A stretch of 64,000 nucleotides of DNA. It comes from Eledone cirrhosa. Its lineage: Eukaryota. Position numbers and translations under genes: made by a program. Location: assembly GCA_964016885.1 (NCBI GenBank), contig OZ024743.1, positions 222,084,001 to 222,148,000 on the forward strand. The letters run 5' to 3'. The notes beneath the pieces are model-generated. The model searched no databases, had not been told where the DNA came from, and saw only the letters and a list, made by a program, of their open reading frames with translations. Of this stretch, positions 19,972-31,600 are shown in pieces (position 1 is the stretch's first letter; each line of letters opens with the position of its first letter).

Positions 19972-20472
19972 ATTAAAGGTGGAAAACTGGGAGAGGGCAC
20001 TTGCCTTGGTGGTCAGGGTCATTGTGGCTTTTTACTGGGCTTTCTCCACAAATGTCCCTCCGAAGTCTCCCCCCTATTGGGGAATTTTTCATTGTTATTT
20101 TCATTGTTATTTTTGTTACATCCTCTGTTTTTGTTTTTTTTACACGCAGAAATGCCCATTTGTACCGTCCTGCATTGTCCTGCACTGTCCTTAATGTCTA
20201 CTTTATGTAAACCCTTGTGGTTAATAAAGAAATCATTATTATTATTATTATTATTGAATGCTATGGTTGACGGAGGCTCGGCTCTGTAAGGTACTGTAAA
20301 TTTTGAACGCTTTAACAATTGTAAATTGTTTAAAACTTAGACCAACTTGTAGACAAAAACACCCTCCTCCTCGTGAGAGGGGTCTTTCTGCCCGTTATTT
20401 GGCCCTTCGGGGTTAAATAACTGCTTATTGGGGGTTTGTACCCAATATTTATTTTAAACAAAAAAAAACAAC

Positions 20473-22566
20473 ATGGCTACGAAAAAGAATTTGCATAGGT
20501 CACTCCCACTCATTCCGTCTTCTTCTTCCTCAATCGTCACTACAGCAGAGAGAAGATTGTCTCTCTCCCTCCCTTCTTTAAATGTGTCTCTCTCCCTCCC
20601 TTCTCTTTCGCAAGTGACGAAAGAAAAGAAAAGTCTCGTGCAAAGCGTGCAAGGTTTCTCCACGACGACGACGACAGCGACGAAACAGGTGTGCGGGAAA
20701 TACGAAAACCCAGTTCATTCGTCTGACGTCAGGAATAATAGCAGTAGCAGCCGTAATAACAACAGCAACAGTGACAATGAAAACAACAGTAGCAGCCGCA
20801 ACAGCATCACCAGCAGCATAAACAACAACAGCATTAGCAGCAGCAACACCAACAACAACCACAGCAACAGCGGCGGAGGCAGTAGTCGTAGTACCTGCAG
20901 CAACAAAAGTACCAGCAGCTCTGACGACAACAACAACAGCAGAGAAAAACCAATCTCATTTGCAGGTATTGCGAAAAACTTGGAAACAATCCTCATAACA
21001 AATGAGGAATTAGAGGAAGCGAAGAAGATGGTGACAAAGAACGGACACCGAGCAATCTGCAAGGCAGCGAAAAATTTTTTCGAAACCCAAGAGCACTGTA
21101 CGGTCACGTACCGTACAGTAAGTACAAAATCCCGTAGGGTGGAAAGAGCCACAGAGGCCCAAATACAAAAAGCCTTGGGGTCTGTGTGGCAGAGGAAAAC
21201 GCACATCACCCGAGGCAAAAAATACGCCACCGTAGACGTACTTTTTGCCACACCCCAGGAGGCAAAGGCCCAATCAGTAGTGACCCTAAGGAGCGAGGAA
21301 ATGGTGTTGGTGCCCTCCTACTGCGGGCAAAAAATTGTGAGGGTCAAACTGACCCACGTCCCCCCCGGAATGACCCCTTCTTGGCTGGCCGCGTCTGTCC
21401 TCGTCGGAATCGAGGACAAAACAACTGTACTGCAAGTACAGAAAAAAGTAAGAGAAGATTGGGTCGGCTCCTCCATTGAGATGCTAATCCAAACCAACCA
21501 GGAGTGCATCGAAGCTATCCCGGATGTGATAGACTTCGATAACGGCACTCAACTGCCCATAAGTGTTGAGGGCAAACGCCCGAAATGCTTTCGCTGTGGA
21601 TCGAAGACTCACCTCAGGGCCTTCTGCAACGAGAAGACCCTGAGAAAGGAGAAAACCCCCCTCCTTCCGAATCCGGCTCCACGGCTACCAGCAACAGGAC
21701 AAGCGGCAACCAGGAACGATAGGCCCGTGGCACCCATACCCACTCCACGGAAATCAAAAACAGCAGCAGCAGTGGAAATACTAACAACAACAACAGCAAT
21801 ACCAAATGCAGCTGCAACAGAGACTCCAGTGCAAACATCACCAACAACAACAAGTGAAAGAGTGGAGTTGGTACCCCTCCCCGACCTCACAGAATCAGAC
21901 ATGGAGTGTGAGGTGGGAGAGAGATGGCAAAAGGTCGTAAGAAGGCACAAACGCAGAAGCAGCGCATCGTCGCCTTTGAAAAGGGAGGAAAGAAATGAGA
22001 AAAGGGTAAAGTCTACTGCAAAGAGACCCACAGCAGCAACAACACCAACACCATCGCCACCCACACTAGCACCACCATCACCACCGGCGACAACCCCACC
22101 GCCAACAACACCTTCAACACCACCACCACAAGCACCAACATCGCAAACACAACAACAAAACACACACACCCAGCAACAACGACAAGAAAATAGCAGAACC
22201 ACACCCCACCCCCAGAAAAACAAATGCACGGCAATAAATACACACAACAAGAAACTAATGACTTACATAATTGAACACACAGACATTTCACAACAGGACT
22301 ACATAATACCAGCACCAATCAAAACGCCAACTAACATAAAACTGCTAAAAATAGCACAGAAACAATACACAAATATTAAAACGAAATTCCCCAACGCAGT
22401 TGGTGATTTCAGGGACCTAGGAGGAACCATCAATCGAAGAGTATACTCAGACATTCTCTTAGAAGAGCCGACGACCAGCCGAAGGGACGATTCAACGGTC
22501 CCTTCACCAGACGATCAAGTGAAAAGGGATGTAAAAACCATCCCTCCTCTACCAAAAGTACGGTAA
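20473..22566 (+). CDS. ORF1 gag-like protein (697 aa)
   Basis: Intact, knuckle present. Confidence 0.9.
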   Translation: MATKKNLHRSLPLIPSSSSSIVTTAERRLSLSLPSLNVSLSLPSLSQVTKEKKSLVQSVQGFSTTTTTATKQVCGKYENPVHSSDVRNNSSSSRNNNSNSDNENNSSSRNSITSSINNNSISSSNTNNNHSNSGGGSSRSTCSNKSTSSSDDNNNSREKPISFAGIAKNLETILITNEELEEAKKMVTKNGHRAICKAAKNFFETQEHCTVTYRTVSTKSRRVERATEAQIQKALGSVWQRKTHITRGKKYATVDVLFATPQEAKAQSVVTLRSEEMVLVPSYCGQKIVRVKLTHVPPGMTPSWLAASVLVGIEDKTTVLQVQKKVREDWVGSSIEMLIQTNQECIEAIPDVIDFDNGTQLPISVEGKRPKCFRCGSKTHLRAFCNEKTLRKEKTPLLPNPAPRLPATGQAATRNDRPVAPIPTPRKSKTAAAVEILTTTTAIPNAAATETPVQTSPTTTSERVELVPLPDLTESDMECEVGERWQKVVRRHKRRSSASSPLKREERNEKRVKSTAKRPTAATTPTPSPPTLAPPSPPATTPPPTTPSTPPPQAPTSQTQQQNTHTQQQRQENSRTTPHPQKNKCTAINTHNKKLMTYIIEHTDISQQDYIIPAPIKTPTNIKLLKIAQKQYTNIKTKFPNAVGDFRDLGGTINRRVYSDILLEEPTTSRRDDSTVPSPDDQVKRDVKTIPPLPKVR

Positions 22567-22601
22567 GTGGTCTTTCCCATCTTTTCCACTCTATTTTAAA
22601 C

Positions 22602-25600
22602 ATGACCTCACTCAGAATAGGCAGCATAAATGCGCGTGGCTTGGGGTCGTCATGGAAGCAGGGTCACCTGCTCAACGACCTCAGGTCACTAAACATAGAT
22701 GTAGTGGCCATCAGCGAGACCAGAATCTCCGAAGCACGGGCCTTCGCACCGATCTTCGGCGGCTACGATGTGTACGCATCTCCCAGCCGTCCTGGATCGA
22801 GTGGAGGAGTTGCTGTGCTTTTTAGGAGAGGTTTGGATCTCGCCATACGGGCCATCTTCCTGGACCCAGAGGGTAAGCTGGTGGTGCTGGACGTGACCAG
22901 CGGAGACGGGCAAGCTTTCAGGCTAGTGGCCGTCTATGCCCCGACAGGAGCAGGGCGGCCTGATTTCTTCCGGCGTCTGGAGACCTTTCTTGGAACGTCC
23001 CGCTCTTTAGTGTTAGTGGGCGACTGGAACGGGATCTTAGATGCACGCTGGGACTGTGTGGGGTTAGCGGATAGGGGTGGAGGGTGCAAGAGCCTCACCA
23101 ACCTGCTCAGGCGTTTTGAACTGTCTGACAGGTACCGATTGGATTTCCCGAATGTGCCAATGTGGACTTGGACAAACCGCATAGGGTCATCCAGATCATA
23201 TCTAGATAGAGTATTTTGTAGGGAAATAGATAGGTCTAGCATAGGCTGTCCACAATTCAAGATAGTCAGCTACACGGACCACAAATTCGTGACCTGTGTG
23301 CTTGACTTAGATAGGCTTCATAGACGAGGACCCGGCTACTGGAAGCTAAACGCGTCCTTACCAGCGCGCAAGGCCTACAGAGACCGGATTAGCGAACTAG
23401 TTAAGCGGGCGTTGACGGGGGCCATCGTCAACAACAAGTGGTGGTTTGCTCTGAAAAGAGCGATTAGAATAGAATCGATTAGGTTTAGTAAGGCTTTAGC
23501 AATAGAGAAAAATAGAGCAGAGGGAGAACTAGTTAGAAAATTAGACGAGGCGCTTAGCAAAGGCATTGCGACCGACGTGCTTGCGGCGAAATTGGCCCTT
23601 GACCAATTCTTCAATGCAAAGCACGAAGGCTGCGTTGTCAGAGCTAGGGTGCGTGCTCTCAGACACGAGGGGACGAAAGCCGTTCAATGGGCCCGAGTGG
23701 CGGAGGCGCGTCGTGGCAACAAAGCCACGATCCGGTCTTTGGTGGACCACGACGGGCGCATGCTACTCGATCCCGGGCAAATGTGTGAAGCTTTTCAGCG
23801 ACACTTCGCTCAGCTGTTCGGGGGCAGCGGGGGGCCGGGTAGAGGGATGGACTTTAGTGTCTACCTCGACGGACTGCCGCGGCTCTCGGCCACTGAGGCG
23901 AGGTGTTGCGAAAAGCCGATAACAGCCGCTGAAGTACGGGAGGCAATGACTGGCTGCAAAAGGGGTAAATCGCCTGGTTTGGATGGTCTGCCCTATGAAC
24001 TTTACGTACAGATGCCAGACTTGTTCGGAGGCCTCTTGGCGGACGTCTACTGCAACTGGCAACAGAACGGGAGAATTCCCAGTTCTGTGAGCCGAGGAGC
24101 GGTGGCACTGCTGAGAAAGGATCCGAACAAGGGGGATAACATAGACAATTTCCGGCCCATAACTCTGCTAAACACAGAGTTTAAGATTTTGGCCAAGGTG
24201 CTAGCAAAGAGGTTGGCGCTTGTCGTTGGTGGTCTGGTGGGAGAGGCGCAGACATGCGCCATTCCCGACAGATCCATCCACGACAACCTCCACCTCATGC
24301 GATACATCGTAGAGAGGGTAGCTAGGGAACCTGGCACGGGTGGGTCCTTGATCAATTTAGATCAGTCGAAAGCTTTCGATAGGGTCGACCATCGTTACCT
24401 AGCGGCAGTCCTGAGGGCGGCTGGCTTTGGGCCCGTCTTCAGAGGCTGGATCGCTGCCATGCACAGCGACATCTGCTCTGTGGTGAGAGTGAACGGTCAC
24501 CTGTCGGAACCGTTTAACATCATGCGCTCGGTCCGCCAAGGATGTCCCCTCTCGTCCCTCTTGTACGTATTGACTCTCGAGCCATTACTGCACAAACTGG
24601 AGACGTTGAGGGGAGTCCCGCGCGAACTAGGATGCGGAAGATCCGTGTCAGCATATGCGGACGATGTCACCGTAGTGGTGTCGAACGCCAAACACATCGA
24701 GGCGATCGGCACTACTCTAAGAGAATACGAAGCGGTGACAGGAGCAATGATCAACCAGGAAAAGTCAGTGGGCCTGCAGCTCGGCACCTGGAGAGGCAGG
24801 TCCATGCCGTCCAACAGCGTCGTCGGGCGCTGGACGGACGGACCGGTTAAATTGCTAGGGGTCTGGTTCGGTCCGGACCTCCAGACGGACAAAAACTGGG
24901 ACGAGGTGACGAGCAGGGTGGCTTCTCTCACCCAGAAATGGGCCGAGAGGAAGCTATCCCTGAAAGGTCGAGCGGAGGTGGCTAACGCGTACATCGCGTC
25001 TGTCATCTGCTACCGCCTAACCGTCGTACCTTGTCCTAAGCCTCGCCTGACTGCGCTGGAGCGTTTACTCTTTCGCTTTTTGTGGAAGGGACGTGCTCCG
25101 ATGGTCAGGCGGTCCATCTGTTGTCAACACCCGCTACGTGGAGGGCTGGGCATGCCGTGGCTGATGATGCGCAGGCACGCGCTCAGGCTACGACATCTCC
25201 ACCTCTTCCTCGACGGTGATCAGGTGTGGTCGCCGTTTGCTAGACGCGTTTTTCCCCAGCTCGTTTCCTTGACGGAGCTGCAGTCCTGGGTCAAGCGAAG
25301 ACCGAGAGGGAGCGCCTGGAGACTGGAATGTCTTCAGGCGCTCACAGCCCTCGACCAATCGGGCAATGTGATCGGTGGAAACTCCACCTCGGCGTTCTAT
25401 AGAGGATTAGTGGAGGGGAAGAGCGACGACGTACTTGGGGAAACTCTAGGCGTCGACGAAAATCAACTAGCCAATCTCTTCGGAAGAACTTTCGGACCGG
25501 GGCCTATGGACAACTTCCAGAAATCTCTGGCCTGGCAGTGCTACCGAGGAGCCTTGCCAGTTCGGGATAAACTCTACAGGCATGGAGGTGCCGTCAGCCG

Positions 25601-26021
25601 GGCATGTCCGAGATGCGCGCAGGGCGACGAAACCGTCCTGCACGCACTCGTCCAGTGTCCGAAAATTGCTGACTTGTGGGTTTATGTCGAACACCTGCTG
25701 TCGCGTTTAGGACGGATCCAGCTATCATCTGAGTCTATCGTGAGGATTGCCCCGCCCTCCTCCTTTAGCCGGGAAGGGCAGGCAGTTTTTATCTGTCTGG
25801 TGGCCATGGCGAAAGAGATAGTATGGTGGACACGTTTGAAAGGGCTGAAGACGAGCACTTACCTCTTCGGTGATGCTCTGATTGACTTTTTCAAATTTCA
25901 TTTGAAAAGGAAAATCAGAGTAGAGAAGGAAGTGCTCTCTTCCCAGCATTTTGTTGAAAGATGGGTGAGAGAAGCAAGAATGGCCCGAGTGAATGGGCCG
26001 ACTCTGAGTATATATCTGTAA
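22602..26021 (+). CDS. ORF2 APE-RT-zinc finger (1139 aa)
   Basis: Intact, all motifs present. Confidence 0.96.
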   Translation: MTSLRIGSINARGLGSSWKQGHLLNDLRSLNIDVVAISETRISEARAFAPIFGGYDVYASPSRPGSSGGVAVLFRRGLDLAIRAIFLDPEGKLVVLDVTSGDGQAFRLVAVYAPTGAGRPDFFRRLETFLGTSRSLVLVGDWNGILDARWDCVGLADRGGGCKSLTNLLRRFELSDRYRLDFPNVPMWTWTNRIGSSRSYLDRVFCREIDRSSIGCPQFKIVSYTDHKFVTCVLDLDRLHRRGPGYWKLNASLPARKAYRDRISELVKRALTGAIVNNKWWFALKRAIRIESIRFSKALAIEKNRAEGELVRKLDEALSKGIATDVLAAKLALDQFFNAKHEGCVVRARVRALRHEGTKAVQWARVAEARRGNKATIRSLVDHDGRMLLDPGQMCEAFQRHFAQLFGGSGGPGRGMDFSVYLDGLPRLSATEARCCEKPITAAEVREAMTGCKRGKSPGLDGLPYELYVQMPDLFGGLLADVYCNWQQNGRIPSSVSRGAVALLRKDPNKGDNIDNFRPITLLNTEFKILAKVLAKRLALVVGGLVGEAQTCAIPDRSIHDNLHLMRYIVERVAREPGTGGSLINLDQSKAFDRVDHRYLAAVLRAAGFGPVFRGWIAAMHSDICSVVRVNGHLSEPFNIMRSVRQGCPLSSLLYVLTLEPLLHKLETLRGVPRELGCGRSVSAYADDVTVVVSNAKHIEAIGTTLREYEAVTGAMINQEKSVGLQLGTWRGRSMPSNSVVGRWTDGPVKLLGVWFGPDLQTDKNWDEVTSRVASLTQKWAERKLSLKGRAEVANAYIASVICYRLTVVPCPKPRLTALERLLFRFLWKGRAPMVRRSICCQHPLRGGLGMPWLMMRRHALRLRHLHLFLDGDQVWSPFARRVFPQLVSLTELQSWVKRRPRGSAWRLECLQALTALDQSGNVIGGNSTSAFYRGLVEGKSDDVLGETLGVDENQLANLFGRTFGPGPMDNFQKSLAWQCYRGALPVRDKLYRHGGAVSRACPRCAQGDETVLHALVQCPKIADLWVYVEHLLSRLGRIQLSSESIVRIAPPSSFSREGQAVFICLVAMAKEIVWWTRLKGLKTSTYLFGDALIDFFKFHLKRKIRVEKEVLSSQHFVERWVREARMARVNGPTLSIYL

Positions 26022-26282
26022 ACTAAAGGTGGAAAACTGGGAGAGGGCACTTGCCTTGGTGGTCAGGGTCATTGTGGCTTTTTACTGGGCTTTCTCCACA
26101 AATGTCCCTCGAAGTCTCCCCCCCTATTGGGGAATTTTTCATTGTTATTTTCATTGTTATTTTTGTTGCATCCTCTGTTTTTGTTTTTTTTACACGCAGA
26201 AATGCCCATTTGTACTGTCCTGCATTGTCCTGCACTGTCCTTAATGTCTACTTTATGTAAACCCTTGTGGTTAATAAAGAAA

Positions 26283-26326
<44 letters not shown>

Positions 26327-26543
26327 GAATGCTATGGTTGACGGAGGCTCGGCTCTGTAAGGTACTGTAAATTTTGAACGCTTTAACAATTGTAAATTGT
26401 TTAAAACTTAGACCAACTTGTAGACAAAAACACCCTCCTCCTCGTGAGAGGGGTCTTTCTGCCCGTTATTTGGCCCTTCGGGGTTAAATAACTGCTTATT
26501 GGGGGTTTGTACCCAATATTTATTTTAAACAAAAAAAAACAAC

Positions 26544-28640
26544 ATGGCTACGAAAAAGAATTTGCATAGGTCACTCCCACTCATTCCGTCTTCTTCTTCC
26601 TCAATCATCACTACAGCAGAGAGAAGATTGTCTCTCTCCCTCCCTTCTTTAAATGTGTCTCTCTCCCTCCCTTCTCTTTCGCAAGTGACGAAAGAAAAGA
26701 AAAGTCTCGTGCAAAGCGTGCAAGGTTTCTCCACGACGACGACGACAGCGACGAAACAGGTGTGCGGGAAATACGAAAACCCAGTTCATTCGTCTGACGT
26801 CAGGAATAATAGCAGTAGCAGCCGTAATAACAACAGCAACAGTGACAATGAAAACAACAGTAGCAGCCGCAACAGCATCACCAGCAGCATAAACAACAAC
26901 AGCATTAGCAGCAGCAACACCAACAACAACCACAGCAACAGCGGCGGAGGCAGTAGTCGTAGTACCTGCAGCAACAACAAAAGTACCAGCAGCTCTGACG
27001 ACAACAACAACAGCAGAGAAAAACCAATCTCATTTGCAGGTATTGCGAAAAACTTGGAAACAATCCTCATAACAAATGAGGAATTAGAGGAAGCGAAGAA
27101 GATGGTGACAAAGAACGGACACCGAGCAATCTGCAAGGCAGCGAAAAATTTTTTCGAAACCCAAGAGCACTGTACGGTCACGTACCGTACAGTAAGTACA
27201 AAATCCCGTAGGGTGGAAAGAGCCACAGAGGCCCAAATACAAAAAGCCTTGGGGTCTGTGTGGCAGAGGAAAACGCACATCACCCGAGGCAAAAAATACG
27301 CCACCGTAGACGTACTTTTTGCCACACCCCAGGAGGCAAAGGCCCAATCAGTAGTGACCCTAAGGAGCGAGGAAATGGTGTTGGTGCCCTCCTACTGCGG
27401 GCAAAAAATTGTGAGGGTCAAACTGACCCACGTCCCCCCCGGAATGACCCCTTCTTGGCTGGCCGCGTCTGTCCTCGTCGGAATCGAGGACAAAACAACT
27501 GTACTGCAAGTACAGAAAAAAGTAAGAGAAGATTGGGTCGGCTCCTCCATTGAGATGCTAATCCAAACCAACCAGGAGTGCATCGAAGCTATCCCGGATG
27601 TGATAGACTTCGATAACGGCACTCAACTGCCCATAAGTGTTGAGGGCAAACGCCCGAAATGCTTTCGCTGTGGATCGAAAACTTACCTCAGGGCCTTCTG
27701 CAACGAGAAGACCCTGAGAAAGGAGAAAACCCCCCTCCTTCCGAATCCGGCTCCACGGCTACCAGCAACAGGACAAGCGGCAACCAGGAACGATAGGTCC
27801 GTGGCACCCATACCTACTCCACGGAAATCAAAGACAGCAGCAGCAGTGGAAATATTAACAACAACAACAGCAATACCAAATGCAGCTGCAACAGAGACTC
27901 CAGTGCAAACATCACCAACAACAACAAGTGAAAGAGTGGAGCTGGTACCCCTCCCCGACCTTACAGAATCAGACATGGAGTGTGAGGTGGGAGAGGGATG
28001 GCAAAAGGTCGCAAGAAGGCACAAACGCAGAAGCAGCGCATCGTCGCCTTTGAAAAGGGAGGAAAGAAATGAGAAAAGGGTAAAGTCTACTGCAAAGAGA
28101 CCCACAGCAGCAACACCACCAACACCATCACCACCCACACCAGCACCACCATCACCACCGGCGACAACCCCACCGCCAACAACACCTTCAACACCACCAC
28201 CACAAGCACCAACATCGCAAACACAACAACAAAACACACACACCCAGCAACAACGACAAGAAAATAGCAGAACCACACCCCACCCCCAGAAAAACAAATG
28301 CACGGCAATAAACACACACAACAAGAAACTAATGACTTACATAATTGAACACACAGACATTTCACAACAGGACTACATAATACCAGCACCAATCAAAACG
28401 CCAACTAACATAAGACTGCTAAAAATAGCACAGAAACAATACACAAATATTAAAACGAAATTCCCCAACGCAGTTGGTGATTTCAGGGACCTAGGAGGAA
28501 CCATTAATCGAAGAGTATATTCAGACATTCTCTTAGAAGAGCCGACGACCAGCCGAAGGGACGATTCAACGGTCCCTTCACCAGACGATCAAGTGAAAAG
28601 GGATGTAAAAACCATCCCTCCTCTACCAAAAGTACGGTAA
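26544..28640 (+). CDS. ORF1 gag-like protein (698 aa; knuckle His->Tyr)
   Basis: Open frame, but the knuckle reads CFRCGSKTYLRAFC. Confidence 0.88.
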   Translation: MATKKNLHRSLPLIPSSSSSIITTAERRLSLSLPSLNVSLSLPSLSQVTKEKKSLVQSVQGFSTTTTTATKQVCGKYENPVHSSDVRNNSSSSRNNNSNSDNENNSSSRNSITSSINNNSISSSNTNNNHSNSGGGSSRSTCSNNKSTSSSDDNNNSREKPISFAGIAKNLETILITNEELEEAKKMVTKNGHRAICKAAKNFFETQEHCTVTYRTVSTKSRRVERATEAQIQKALGSVWQRKTHITRGKKYATVDVLFATPQEAKAQSVVTLRSEEMVLVPSYCGQKIVRVKLTHVPPGMTPSWLAASVLVGIEDKTTVLQVQKKVREDWVGSSIEMLIQTNQECIEAIPDVIDFDNGTQLPISVEGKRPKCFRCGSKTYLRAFCNEKTLRKEKTPLLPNPAPRLPATGQAATRNDRSVAPIPTPRKSKTAAAVEILTTTTAIPNAAATETPVQTSPTTTSERVELVPLPDLTESDMECEVGEGWQKVARRHKRRSSASSPLKREERNEKRVKSTAKRPTAATPPTPSPPTPAPPSPPATTPPPTTPSTPPPQAPTSQTQQQNTHTQQQRQENSRTTPHPQKNKCTAINTHNKKLMTYIIEHTDISQQDYIIPAPIKTPTNIRLLKIAQKQYTNIKTKFPNAVGDFRDLGGTINRRVYSDILLEEPTTSRRDDSTVPSPDDQVKRDVKTIPPLPKVR

Positions 28641-28675
28641 GTGGTCTTTCCCATCTTTTCCACTCTATTTTAAAC

Positions 28676-31600
28676 ATGACCTCACTCAGAATAGGCAGCA
28701 TAAATGCGCGTGGCTTGGGGTCGTCATGGAAGCAGGGTCACCTGCTCAACGACCTCAGGTCACTAAACATAGATGTAGTGGCCATCAGCGAGACCAGAAT
28801 CTCCGAAGCACGGGCCTTCGCACCGATCTTCGGCGGCTACGATGTGTACGCATCTCCCAGCCGTCCTGGATCGGGTGGAGGAGTTGCTGTGCTTTTTCGG
28901 AGAGGTTTGGATCTCGCCATACGGGCCATCTTCCTGGACCCAGAGGGTAAGCTGGTGGTGCTGGACGTGACCAGCGGAGACGGGCAAGCTTTCAGGCTAG
29001 TGGCCGTCTATGCCCCGACAGGAGCAGGGCGGCCTGATTTCTTCCGGCGTCTGGAGACCTTTCTTGGAACGTCCCGCTCTTTAGTGTTAGTGGGCGACTG
29101 GAACGGGATCTTAGATGCACGCTGGGACTGTGTGGGATTAGCGGATAGGGGTGGAGGGTGCAAGAGCCTCACCAACCTGCTCAGGCGTTTTGAACTGTCT
29201 GACAGGTACCGATTGGATTTCCCGAATGTGCCAATGTGGACTTGGACAAACCGCATAGGGTCATCCAGATCATATCTAGATAGAGTATTTTGTAGGGAAA
29301 TAGATAGGTCTAGCATAGGCTGTCCACAATTCAAGATAGTCAGCTACACGGACCACAAATTCGTGACCTGTGTGCTTGACTTAGATAGGCTTCATAGACG
29401 AGGACCCGGCTACTGGAAGCTAAACGCGTCCTTACCAGCGCGCAAGGCCTACAGAGACCGGATTAGCGAACTAGTTAAGCGGGCGTTGACGGGGGCCATC
29501 GTCAACAACAAGTGGTGGTTTGCTCTGAAAAGAGCGATTAGAATAGAATCGATTAGGTTTAGTAAGGCTTTAGCAATAGAGAAAAATAGAGCAGAGGGAG
29601 AACTAGTTAGAAAATTAGACGAGGCGCTTAGCAAAGGCATTGCGACCGACGTGCTTGCGGCGAAATTGGCCCTTGACCAATTCTTCAATGCAAAGCACGA
29701 AGGCTGCGTTGTCAGAGCTAGGGTGAGTGCTCTCAGACACGAGGGGACGAAAGCCGTTCAATGGGCCCGAGTGGCGGAGGCGCGTCGTGGCAACAAAGCC
29801 ACGATCCGGTCTTTGGTGGACCACGACGGGCGCATGCTACTCGATCCCGGGCAAATGTGTGAAGCTTTTCAGCGACACTTCGCTCAGCTGTTCGGGGGCA
29901 GCGGGGGGCCGGGTAGAGGGATGGACTTTAGTGTCTACCTCGACGGACTGCCGCGGCTCTCGGCCACTGAGGCGAAGTGTTGCGAAAAGCCGATAACAGC
30001 CGCTGAAGTACGGGAGGCAATGACTGGCTGCACAAGGGGTAAATCGCCTGGTTTGGATGGTCTGCCCTATGAACTTTACGTACAGATGCCAGACTTGTTC
30101 GGAGGCCTCTTGGCGGACGTCTACTGCAACTGGCAACAGAACGGGAGAATTCCCAGTTCTGTGAGCCGAGGAGCGGTGGCACTGCTGAGAAAGGATCCGA
30201 ACAAGGGGGATAACATAGACAATTTCCGGCCCATAACTCTGCTAAACACAGAGTTTAAGATTTTGGCCAAGGTGCTAGCAAAGAGGTTGGCGCTTGTCGT
30301 TGGTGGTCTGGTGGGAGAGGCGCAGACATGCGCCATTCCCGACAGATCCATCCACGACAACCTCCACCTCATGCGATACATCGTAGAGAGGGTAGCTAGG
30401 GAACCTGGCACGGGTGGGTCCTTGATCAATTTAGATCAGTCGAAAGCTTTCGATAGGGTCGACCATCGTTACCTAGCGGCAGTCCTGAGGGCGGCTGGCT
30501 TTGGGCCCGTCTTCAGAGGCTGGATCGCTGCCATGCACAGCGACATCTGCTCTGTGGTGAGAGTGAACGGTCACCTGTCGGAACCGTTCAACATCATGCG
30601 CTCGGTTCGCCAAGGATGTCCCCTCTCGTCCCTCTTGTACGTATTGACTCTCGAGCCATTACTGCACAAACTGGAGACGTTGAGGGGAGTCCCGCGCGAA
30701 CTAGGATGCGGAAGATCCGTGTCAGCATATGCGGACGATGTCACCGTAGTGGTGTCGAACGCCAAACACATCGAGGCGATCGGCACTACACTAAGAGAAT
30801 ACGAAGCGGTGACAGGAGCAATGATCAACCAGGAAAAGTCAGTGGGCCTGCAGCTCGGCACCTGGAGAGGCAGGTCCATGCCGTCCAACAGCGTCGTCGG
30901 GCGCTGGACGGACGGACCGGTTAAATTGCTAGGGGTCTGGTTCGGTCCGGACCTCCAGACGGACAAAAACTGGGACGAGGTGACGAGCAGGGTGGCTTCT
31001 CTCACCCAGAAATGGGCGGAGAGGAAGCTATCCCTGAAAGGTCGAGCGGAGGTGGCTAACGCGTACATCGCGTCTGTCATCTGCTACCGCCTAACCGTCG
31101 TACCTTGTCCTAAGCCTCGCCTGACTGCGCTGGAGCGTTTGCTCTTTCGCTTTTTGTGGAAGGGACGTGCTCCGATGGTCAGGCGGTCCATCTGTTGTCA
31201 ACACCCGCTACGTGGAGGGCTGGGCATGCCGTGGCTGATGATGCGCAGGCACGCGCTCAGGCTACGACATCTCCACCTCTTCCTCGACGGTGATCAGGTG
31301 TGGTCGCCGTTTGCTAGACGCGTTTTTCCCCAGCTCGTTTCCTTGACGGAGCTGCAGTCCTGGGTCAAGCGAAGACCGAGAGGGAGCGCCTGGAGACTGG
31401 AATGTCTTCAGGCGCTCACAGCCCTCGACCAATCGGGCAATGTGATCGGTGGAAACTCCACCTCGGCGTTCTATAGAGGATTAGTGGAGGGGAAGAGCGA
31501 CGACGTGCTTGGGGAAACTCTAGGCGTCGACGAAAATCAACTAGCCAATCTCTTCGGAAGAACTTTCGGGCCGGGGCCTATGGACAACTTCCAGAAATCT

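Larger units (their letters stand above)
14213..20255 (+). mobile_element. Tx1-like copy C, full length, both ORFs intact (5'UTR alpha)
   Basis: Starts GAATGCCATGG; ends in (ATT)7 at 20235-20255. Confidence 0.95.
20256..26326 (+). mobile_element. Tx1-like copy D, full length, both ORFs intact (5'UTR beta)
   Basis: Starts GAATGCTATGG; ends in (ATT)14 at 26285-26326. Confidence 0.95.
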